Below, piece by piece: positions 57,201 to 64,000 of a stretch of 64,000 nt of DNA (position 1 is the first letter of the stretch; every line of letters starts with the position of its first letter). A program made the position numbers and the translations under genes. Below the pieces are notes generated by a model. That model made no database searches, had not been told where the DNA came from, and worked only from the letters and a program-made list of their open reading frames with translations. The stretch is from assembly GCF_000328665.1 (NCBI RefSeq), contig NC_019972.1, positions 124,001 to 188,000 on the forward strand, written 5' to 3'. This DNA is from Methanomethylovorans hollandica DSM 15978 (lineage in GTDB: Archaea > Halobacteriota > Methanosarcinia > Methanosarcinales > Methanosarcinaceae).

Positions 57201-59847
57201 TGGATACAGTACAAAGCAAACAACAATTGCAGTAAAAAGCAATTCTGCGAGCACAAGTACAGCTTCATATGCACCTACATACGACAACAGGCTACGTTCA
57301 GCTTCTCCTACCAGTGTGCTTTCTACAACTACTTATCTTGATATCGGAAGAAGTTCAGCTACTGTAAGAGATGTGATGTTATTTGATCTGAGCAGCTATA
57401 AGACAACTGATACGATATCAAAAGCCACTCTTTCGTTGTATTGGTATTATCCAGCAGGAGCTACACGTACTTCTGATACTGTAGTCGAAGTTTATAGACC
57501 AGTTGAATGGGATCCAAAGTATGTTACATGGAATTCCAGAGCATCTGGTGTATCATGGACAACAGCAGGAGGAAGCTGGTATGATAAGAATGCAGTATCT
57601 CAAGGAACTACACCTTATGCATCAATTACATTCCCTGCCAGCACAGTGCCTGATAACAAATACTATGACTTTGATGTCACACAGCTTGTGCAGGAATATG
57701 TCAGTGGAAAATACAAGAACACTGGTTTCTTCCTCAAAGCAAAGACTGAAAGTGGAAATTATATTGCATTCTATAGTGCCGAGGCATCGAATACTGCAGT
57801 CAGACCAAAGCTAACTGTAACTTCAACTTCAGGATCTACTGCAGTAGATAATCTACCAGTGGCTAATGCAGGAGCTGATAAGACTGCCATGGCCGGATCT
57901 ACTGTTATTTTCAATGCAAGTGCATCTACAGATGACAAAGGTATAGCATCTTATTCCTGGGACTTTGATTTATCTAATGGAATAACAGCAGAAGCAACAA
58001 CAATGACAGCTTCTCATATCTACCCTGTAGCTGGTACTTATACTGCAACCTTGACTGTTATCGATACATCAGGGCAGGTATCTACAGATACAGTACAGGT
58101 AACTGTGAGTGAAATGTCAGTCGATAATCCACCAATTGCAAATGCAGGTATTGATAAGACTGTAACTGTTGGATCATCTGTGACCTTCGATGGAAGTGCA
58201 TCTACTGATGACAAGGGTATTGCATCTTATTCCTGGGACTTTGACTTGTCGAATGGAATAACAACTGAAGCAACTACAATGGCAGCTTCTCATATTTACG
58301 CATCTCCAGGAACCTATACTGTAACCTTAACTGTTACTGATACTGCAGGACATGTAGCAACTGATACACTACAGGTAGTTGTCAGCAGTGCTACCAGTAC
58401 AACTACAGCTTCATATTCACCAACATATGATAACAGACTGCGTTCAGCTTCTCCTACCAGTGTGCTTTCTACAACCACTTATCTTGATATTGGACGTAGT
58501 TCAGCCACTGTAAGAGATGTGATGCTGTTTGATCTAAGCAGCTATAAGACCACAGATACGATATCGAAAGCAACTCTGTCTTTGTATTGGTATTATCCAG
58601 CAGGGTCAACACGCACTTCTGATACTATAGTTGAAGTTTATAGGCCAGTTGAATGGGATCCAAAGTATGTGACCTGGAACTCAAGGACATCTGGTACCCT
58701 TTGGACTACTGTAGGTGGAAACTGGTACGATAAGAATGCAGTATCTCAGGGTACTACACCATATGCATCAGCAACATTCGCTGCTGGTACTATACCTGAT
58801 AACAAGTACTATGACTTTGATGTAACTCAGCTTGTGCAGGAATATGTCAGTGGCAAATACAAGAACACTGGTTTCTTCCTGAAAGCAAAGACTGAAAGTG
58901 GAAACTATATTGCTTTCTATAGTGCTGAGGCATCGAATACTGCTGTAAGACCAAAGCTAACTATAACTTCAGCTTCAGGATCAACTACTGTAGATAATCT
59001 GCCGGTTGCAAATGCAGGAGCTGATAAAACAGCTACTGTTGGAACATCTGTGACCTTTGATGCTAGTGCTTCAACTGATGATAAGGGCATAGCTTCTTAT
59101 TCCTGGGACTTTGATTTATCCAATGGAATTACAGCAGAAGCGGCTACAATGATAGCTTCCAAGACATATACTGCAACAGGTACATACACTGTAACCCTGA
59201 CTGTCACAGATACAGTAGGTCAAAAGTCTACAGATACAGTGCAGGTAGTTGTCAGCAGTGCTTCCAGTCCAGTTAGTACTGTCTCATATACACCGACATA
59301 CGATAATAGACTGCGTTCAGCTTCTCCTACCAGTGTGCTTTCTACAACCACTTATCTTGATATAGGAAGGAGTTCAGCTACCGTAAGAGATGTGATGCTA
59401 TTCGATCTTAGTAGCTACAAGACTACAGATACGATCTCAAAAGCTACTCTGTCGCTCTATTGGTATTATCCGGTAGGAACGACACGTACTTCTGATACCG
59501 TAGTCGAAGTATACAGGCCTGTTGAATGGGATCCAAAGTATGTTACATGGAACTCAAGAATGTCCGGTGTATCATGGACTACAGCAGGTGGAAGTTGGTA
59601 TGATAAGAATGCAGTATCTCAAGGTACTACGCCTTATGCATCGGTGACATTTACAGGCACTAAATTACCTGATAACAAGTATTATGACTTTGATGTCACT
59701 CAGCTTGTACAGGAGTATGTAAGCGGTAAGTACAAGAACACTGGATTCTTCCTGAAAGCAAGAACAGAAAGTGGCAATTACATTGCGTTCTACAGCTTAG
59801 AGTCTTCAAATGCTGCTGTAAGACCGAAGTTAACTATAACAAGTTAA
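54202..59847 (+). CDS. Secreted NHL-repeat/PKD/alpha-beta hydrolase (lipase-like) protein with three DNRLRE domains
   Basis: Signal peptide; NHL 'F..P..V.VD..GNVYV.D..N.RIQKF'; hydrolase 'PVVLVHGF', 'CHSMG', 'GD..V', late His; PKD and DNRLRE repeats. Confidence 0.88.
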   Translation: MESKYVNKIRTTSILLSILFFVLMSSPIVHAETYSLVKQWGSTGNSTGQFNNPSAVTVDSYGNVYVADANNYRIQKFDNNGAFINSFETWYKSQFHIHPRGVAVDSSGYIYTSGCGGNGGIAGAAYGIRYGTVYHKYDNNGNLVSEVYPNGAMGFYYSVYLPWETAVDKFGNVYVSDVTNGYVDKFNNGICMSAFQNRSISGSDSKFSIDSLGNYYIIYGGFINKFDSNGNFITKIGSSGSGDGQIRDPVAVAVDDSGNIYVVDCQQKDYTLKEYYRIEVFDTNYKFITQWQLSSNFSNIYNSDIAVDSTGNVFVVESYNNRIYKYAPTNSVNPAANFTSNITEGYTPLSVKFTDTSTGSPTSWLWDFGDGNTSTEQNPTYTYYKSGNYTVTLTASNSEGTDSTSQTISVNDIDFKVNPQKIRISDKVEFNASQYISSTGGGITWDFGDGKTDLSNNPIVYHNYSEPGSYTAKITITDSKGNVATKSQFVNVTIPVVLVHGFMSSSETWVDMSSALQKNGFEVWNFDYGIYSTQNPQDIAPKLSDFIEGKRNDLTYNGQKYNGKIDIVCHSMGSIVSRLYMEHYQGGIHGKDVRQWIGIAPAHGGSAGADIYIPVGQVKSQILLNFMQATPPEYYAFYQQIGLAVNELKTDSNSVKSLASGSLSPTTKYRVLVGWNPTHSSQFGGNLLSATLAKNTSRPDPYYWTDSGDMIVATAQSYDQRIKNFEAFPINGNLGDSPAEEFDHIHIIKSPTVIQYVIDCLKDINKPSSNKLPPDNEVSFLTVVNRDIKGYIGTKAQQVTGYLGTKVQQIKFFVSGFFSMGSDSISNLRVESNSITIDQETSSSQEKVLSILLEWDEGDIAVNLMSPSGIEYSAESHPYNVWYLKEGKLLYYIITDPESGNWTVNLIPEEYPGHDMHYNLTYWVEDSNSGVLNGFPVANFSTNITTGYVPLTVQFTDLSENATSWKWDFGDGAASTEQDPLHIYTKEGNYTIVLNSSNSIGYSTKQTTIAVKSNSASTSTASYAPTYDNRLRSASPTSVLSTTTYLDIGRSSATVRDVMLFDLSSYKTTDTISKATLSLYWYYPAGATRTSDTVVEVYRPVEWDPKYVTWNSRASGVSWTTAGGSWYDKNAVSQGTTPYASITFPASTVPDNKYYDFDVTQLVQEYVSGKYKNTGFFLKAKTESGNYIAFYSAEASNTAVRPKLTVTSTSGSTAVDNLPVANAGADKTAMAGSTVIFNASASTDDKGIASYSWDFDLSNGITAEATTMTASHIYPVAGTYTATLTVIDTSGQVSTDTVQVTVSEMSVDNPPIANAGIDKTVTVGSSVTFDGSASTDDKGIASYSWDFDLSNGITTEATTMAASHIYASPGTYTVTLTVTDTAGHVATDTLQVVVSSATSTTTASYSPTYDNRLRSASPTSVLSTTTYLDIGRSSATVRDVMLFDLSSYKTTDTISKATLSLYWYYPAGSTRTSDTIVEVYRPVEWDPKYVTWNSRTSGTLWTTVGGNWYDKNAVSQGTTPYASATFAAGTIPDNKYYDFDVTQLVQEYVSGKYKNTGFFLKAKTESGNYIAFYSAEASNTAVRPKLTITSASGSTTVDNLPVANAGADKTATVGTSVTFDASASTDDKGIASYSWDFDLSNGITAEAATMIASKTYTATGTYTVTLTVTDTVGQKSTDTVQVVVSSASSPVSTVSYTPTYDNRLRSASPTSVLSTTTYLDIGRSSATVRDVMLFDLSSYKTTDTISKATLSLYWYYPVGTTRTSDTVVEVYRPVEWDPKYVTWNSRMSGVSWTTAGGSWYDKNAVSQGTTPYASVTFTGTKLPDNKYYDFDVTQLVQEYVSGKYKNTGFFLKARTESGNYIAFYSLESSNAAVRPKLTITS

Positions 59848-59852
59848 GATAT

Positions 59853-59890
59853 GAGCGAATGTACATTCGCTCTCCCTTTTTTTTCTTTTC
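59853..59890 (+). terminator. Perfect 20-bp palindrome plus T-tract after the DNRLRE gene
   Basis: GAGCGAATGTACATTCGCTC (59853-59872) followed by a T-run. Confidence 0.6.
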
Positions 59891-59999
59891 ATATCATCAA
59901 GTGTAAAAAATGTATGATCGACTAAATACTCATTCCTCTTACCAGGTACATTTATACTTCAGTAGCAATATATAATTATTCATTGCAAGGAGATAAATC

Positions 60000-61694
60000 A
60001 TGAAAACTGGAGCAAGTATAGAGGCAAAAGAATATCCTGTAAGTAAAGTATTTAGTAGCGATTATTCGTTTGTTATACCAAATTATCAACGCCCATATTC
60101 ATGGAAAATTGATCATGTAGAAGCACTTCTTGATGATATATCATACTTTGCTTTTCAAGATGATCAAGTTGAGGAATTGAAACCCTATTTTCTTGGAAGC
60201 ATAGTTCTAATTAAAAAGACCGAGAGATCTAATTACGAAGTTATTGATGGACAGCAACGACTGACGACTCTTACTATCCTCCTATCGGTAATTAGAGAAA
60301 TATTAAATGATAGTGAAGCACAGAAGGTATTAACTGATTTAATTTATGACAAAGAGAGTTTTATAACAGGCACTAAGGCTAATTATAGACTACAGCTAAG
60401 GAGAAAAGATCAAGATTTCTTTAACCAATATATCCAAAGAGAAAATGGTCTAAAAGAAATACCACAAGAAGTTATCCTTAGCGATAGTCAAACAAACATC
60501 AGAGAGAATACAGCATATTTGTTAAAGAGACTACAAGACGAATATACAGAACAAAAAATTAAAACGCTTGCTGCATATATTGTTCAAAAATGCTTTTTTG
60601 TTGTTGTATCCACTCCCGATGAAGAATCTGCCTTTAGAATTTTCTCTGTTCTGAACGATCGTGGAATGCAACTTTCAAATGCCGATATCCTGAAAGCTGA
60701 AATAATTGGAGAAATACAGGGAGCAAAAGAACAGGATGTATACTCTCAAAAATGGGAGGATCAGGAAGAAGAGATTGGACGTGAAGACTTTAATAATCTG
60801 TTTGCCTACATCAGAATGATACATCTAAAAACAAAACCAAAAGAAACGATTCTCAAAGAAATCCGTGATTATGTTAAACCTAAAGACAAACCCAAAGATT
60901 TCATTGACAATGAGCTAATTCCATATATCCAAGCATTCCAAGACATAAAGAACTCATCTTTTGAATCCTCTACACATGCTGAAACCGTAAATCAGTATCT
61001 AAACTGGTTAAATCAGTTAGATAATAATGACTGGGTTCCTCCTGCTTTAAGTTATATTGCAAAGTGGAGAAAAAAGGATACAAAAAAAATTGTTGATTTC
61101 TTAACACTACTTGAAAGATTGGCTTTTGGAATACAGGTTATGAGATTTGATATCAATCGTCGAATTGAGAAGTATGGAAAGATCCTCGATGCAATTGAAA
61201 AAGAAGATGAGAATCCTGAGATATTAAAGGTTAGTCTTTCTTTAACACCTGAAGAAAAAATAAAAATAATCAATGGTTTAGATGGCGAAGTTTACAATAC
61301 TCAATTCTGTAAATATCTCCTATTGCGAATAGATGAAAACCTCTCAGATGGCAGTGCTCATTACAATTATCCTATTCTATCCATTGAACATGTATTGCCA
61401 CAAAATCCAAAGCCAGATAGTGAGTGGATGAGACTTTTCCCTTCAGAAGAAGAGCGCAAATCTTTAATAAATCGTTTAGGCAATTTAGTATTGCTTTCCC
61501 GTCGAAAAAATTCAATTGCACAGAATTATGATTTTGAGAAGAAGAAAACAAGTTATTTTACAAGCGGAGGGGTGGCTCCACTTCCTTTAACAACTACAGT
61601 CATTCGTACAGAGAAATGGACCCCCGACGAAATAGTTTCAAGACAAAAGACCTATATTGAGATGTGTATTAAAATTTGGAACTTGAATACGTAA
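60000..61694 (+). CDS. GmrSD-family (DUF262 plus DUF1524/HNH) type IV restriction endonuclease
   Basis: 'IPNYQRPYSW', 'IDGQQRLTT', 'F..LNDRG', 'SIEHVLPQ', 'LGNLVLL…N'. Confidence 0.9.
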   Translation: MKTGASIEAKEYPVSKVFSSDYSFVIPNYQRPYSWKIDHVEALLDDISYFAFQDDQVEELKPYFLGSIVLIKKTERSNYEVIDGQQRLTTLTILLSVIREILNDSEAQKVLTDLIYDKESFITGTKANYRLQLRRKDQDFFNQYIQRENGLKEIPQEVILSDSQTNIRENTAYLLKRLQDEYTEQKIKTLAAYIVQKCFFVVVSTPDEESAFRIFSVLNDRGMQLSNADILKAEIIGEIQGAKEQDVYSQKWEDQEEEIGREDFNNLFAYIRMIHLKTKPKETILKEIRDYVKPKDKPKDFIDNELIPYIQAFQDIKNSSFESSTHAETVNQYLNWLNQLDNNDWVPPALSYIAKWRKKDTKKIVDFLTLLERLAFGIQVMRFDINRRIEKYGKILDAIEKEDENPEILKVSLSLTPEEKIKIINGLDGEVYNTQFCKYLLLRIDENLSDGSAHYNYPILSIEHVLPQNPKPDSEWMRLFPSEEERKSLINRLGNLVLLSRRKNSIAQNYDFEKKKTSYFTSGGVAPLPLTTTVIRTEKWTPDEIVSRQKTYIEMCIKIWNLNT

Positions 61695-61709
61695 GAAGAA
61701 CGATAATCT

Positions 61710-61748
61710 GTGAACTACCACTCAAATAAAGACTGAGTGATAGTTCAC
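61710..61748. repeat. REP-like palindrome derived from IS200/IS605 right ends
   Basis: GTGAACTACCACTCA-N9-TGAGTGATAGTTCAC (14 of 15 arm pairs); closely similar to 29115-29142. Confidence 0.65.
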
Positions 61749-62452
61749 GCCATTTCTTCGAAGTATGGAACCATATCCGGGTGAAAATTCTCATCCAAGA
61801 AATACCGAGTAAATTTTCCATTTGGTTCTGTAACTAAGTATCCAAACTCTTTTAGTTTTTGAACATGTGTACTAATAGTGCTTCTTGCAAGTCCTAATTC
61901 TTCAGATATCTCTTTATTTGTTATACCCGGATTTTCGTATATTAACCAGCATATCTTTTTACAGGTAATTCCCTGTAAGTAAGGTTCGATCTCTCGAGAA
62001 TAGATGTTGTTCAATACATTATGTTCTTTTGAAAATAGGTTAATGTAGTTCCCGTTTTTTAATAATACGATTTTTCCAGCTTCTTTAAGAACGCTTATAT
62101 GGTATCGGACAGTTCCTCTTTTAAGTCTTAAGTCCCTTTTAACGGAATTAACAGTAATTCCGGGATTTCTTTCAATGAATTGGAGAATCTTCAGGCGATT
62201 ATCATTATTTTCATCTTTTATCCTTGCGATTAATATCGCAGACAGCTTCCAACCGAGGGCTAAGACAAGTGAACTAATGGTTATTAATTGTAAAGAGAGT
62301 GGCAAATCCCAGAAAGTGATATTGGCATCTGCACCACTGTCATCATTGATCAAATTTGGATCCGGTTGGGTTAGAATTACATAATCTTTACAATAGCAAG
62401 GCGATGTGAAAAAAAAGAAAAGAATTATTGTTGCCAGAAGTATTCTTTTCAT
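61745..62452 (-). CDS. Membrane-anchored double winged-HTH transcriptional regulator
   Basis: Signal/TM segments, then two wHTH motifs ('I..NPGIT…L…GTVRYH..L', 'NPGITNKEISEELGLARSTISTH'). Confidence 0.8.
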   Translation of the reverse strand: MKRILLATIILFFFFTSPCYCKDYVILTQPDPNLINDDSGADANITFWDLPLSLQLITISSLVLALGWKLSAILIARIKDENNDNRLKILQFIERNPGITVNSVKRDLRLKRGTVRYHISVLKEAGKIVLLKNGNYINLFSKEHNVLNNIYSREIEPYLQGITCKKICWLIYENPGITNKEISEELGLARSTISTHVQKLKEFGYLVTEPNGKFTRYFLDENFHPDMVPYFEEMA

Positions 62453-62464
62453 ATTCTATAACCT

Positions 62465-62920
62465 TTAGATCGAATAGTCTTCAGTTCCACTAACCGAGTA
62501 ACCGTATACTTTGTATCGCCAAGTTCCTTTTTCTATACCATTACTATTAGTAATGTATATTCTAATCCTTCCATTAATTGTTCCATCTGCAGAATCATAA
62601 TAAGTTCCTATACAGTAATTACTTGGATTATATATACTAAGTCTTAGAGAATCACTTGTATCTCCCCAGTTCAAGTTAACAGTCATGCTTTGAATATTCG
62701 TGCTAACTGTCTTACTATGCCAGTTTGTTTCTCCTTGAGTTATGGTATCATATGTTGATTTGATTCCAATATCATTATCTGCTAGTTCTGCAGGAATTAT
62801 CTTGTATCCGAGGTCCGATGCAGAAATCAAAGAGAATTCATCTTCTGTATCAGATGTGCTTGCTCCTGCTACCGTAATGAACAGCAAAAATACTACAAAT
62901 CCCATTATTATCCTATTCAA
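62465..62920 (-). CDS. Small secreted protein with a pre-peptidase C-terminal (PPC)-like domain
   Basis: Signal peptide; 'ITQGETNWH', 'LNWG…SL.L.IY.P', 'GTW.Y.VYG'. Confidence 0.7.
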   Translation of the reverse strand: MNRIIMGFVVFLLFITVAGASTSDTEDEFSLISASDLGYKIIPAELADNDIGIKSTYDTITQGETNWHSKTVSTNIQSMTVNLNWGDTSDSLRLSIYNPSNYCIGTYYDSADGTINGRIRIYITNSNGIEKGTWRYKVYGYSVSGTEDYSI

Positions 62921-63247
62921 TCTTTATTCTCCTTGTTTATTGATTTTTGCAATAAGTATTGAAGTCAAACAAAGTATATAAGAATTTTAGCCATTGACCG
63001 AATTGAGAAAAAAAATAAATAGTGGGTGAATATACTATTAGAAGAGAATCAATATATTAGGAAATGGGTGATGCGCTGATCACCCATTTTTATGGATTCA
63101 ACCCCCTAATCGAGGGTTTTTACTCATCCTCTACCCCATAGTTGCTGTTTCTTGTTTTAAGGTTCGTTTTTGATATTAATATCTAGGCACCCACAATATA
63201 AATAAATTATGGCCTTTACTCGAATTGAGAATCTGGGATATAGTAAG

Positions 63248-63466
63248 TTATATTGTTCCTGTGTTGTAGCTGGGAGTTATAGTTGTGCCCGCAATTGTAT
63301 TGTGTGAACTGCCTGGAGATGCAATGTTAAATGGAAGATCAGAAAATACATTGATCTGGACAAGTGGTTTATCTGTAGCATTTGCTATTACTATTCCAAC
63401 AGATAGTGTCAATACTAAAAGTACTGCAAGTGAGGATAATATTAATTTGTGGTTACTGCTCAGCAT
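63248..63466 (-). CDS. Small secreted hypothetical protein or fragment
   Basis: Signal-peptide-like N-terminus, 72 aa. Confidence 0.35.
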   Translation of the reverse strand: MLSSNHKLILSSLAVLLVLTLSVGIVIANATDKPLVQINVFSDLPFNIASPGSSHNTIAGTTITPSYNTGTI

Positions 63467-63573
63467 AAAAGCACCTTATAATACATCATCATACAAATTT
63501 AAATATCTGTCGCAAAGAAAAAATGAGATCAATTTTGAATTGCCTTTTAATATCTTAAGATTAGAAAACGTAT

Positions 63574-63999
63574 CTAAAATTTGGATGAATCTAATATGAA
63601 CCATGATTTATCGGGGATCCTGCTGAACTTATATTCATTTCCATTAACTCGGTATGTATAAAGTGTTTTTTTATTCTTGATAGCATCAGCAATAAGAAAA
63701 TAATTAATGTTATAATAGACATTGATTATCATAGCAATTATTCCAGCAAGAGGAGACCAGTACCATAGGAATAATGCAAGAATCGTGAAGATAACCACCT
63801 TTAAAGAATGATATGCAAATGTTCTTGGATATATCCACGATATGAGTGATTTTTTCAAGTACTCTTGTTCTTTTGCAGGGGGATATTTGTCAGACAATAT
63901 GTTTACTGAGAGAATATTCAAGAAATAGTAAGTAAGGTAGAGATCATCATGAGGATACCAGTCACGTTCATTCTTAGCATTCAATCGTCTTTTTTTCAT
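63574..63999 (-). CDS. Membrane hypothetical protein, possibly 5'-partial at the window edge
   Basis: ORF with two hydrophobic helices. Confidence 0.5.
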   Translation of the reverse strand: MKKRRLNAKNERDWYPHDDLYLTYYFLNILSVNILSDKYPPAKEQEYLKKSLISWIYPRTFAYHSLKVVIFTILALFLWYWSPLAGIIAMIINVYYNINYFLIADAIKNKKTLYTYRVNGNEYKFSRIPDKSWFILDSSKF

Positions 64000-64000
64000 G

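Overview
AT-rich accessory region of an archaeal genome, most likely Methanosarcinaceae (inferred from DNRLRE/disaggregatase-related repeats, PKD/LVIVD surface proteins, a PGF-pre-PGF/PGF-CTERM protein and a chloroplast-like group II intron). Three layers are interleaved. (1) Defence/conflict genes: RelBE-like and zeta-like TA pairs; a co-directional block (Sm-like/TPR/cold-shock protein, UvrD-PD(D/E)XK helicase-nuclease, coiled-coil protein, RapA-like SNF2, sacsin-like ATPase-HNH) divergent from a Csa3-type CARF-wHTH regulator; a stand-alone OLD nuclease; GmrSD; and at least four decayed relics of type I R-M operons. (2) Secreted and surface proteins: four genes joining different N-terminal heads (GH-A glycosidase, LVIVD propeller, repeat propeller, NHL plus lipase) to the same DNRLRE/PKD tail; an LGFP-repeat protein; two FGE/CLec proteins; and a signal-peptide-bearing BPSL0067/Tae2-like peptidoglycan amidase, a candidate archaeal antibacterial enzyme. 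(3) Mobile DNA: an intact IS200/IS605 element (tnpA plus tnpB), orphan IS605-end derivatives, and two IS5-family copies. One IS5 copy is interrupted by a group II intron whose EBS1/EBS2 perfectly match the other, intron-free copy. No CRISPR array, rRNA or tRNA was seen. All family calls are by-eye motif recognition, not database searches.
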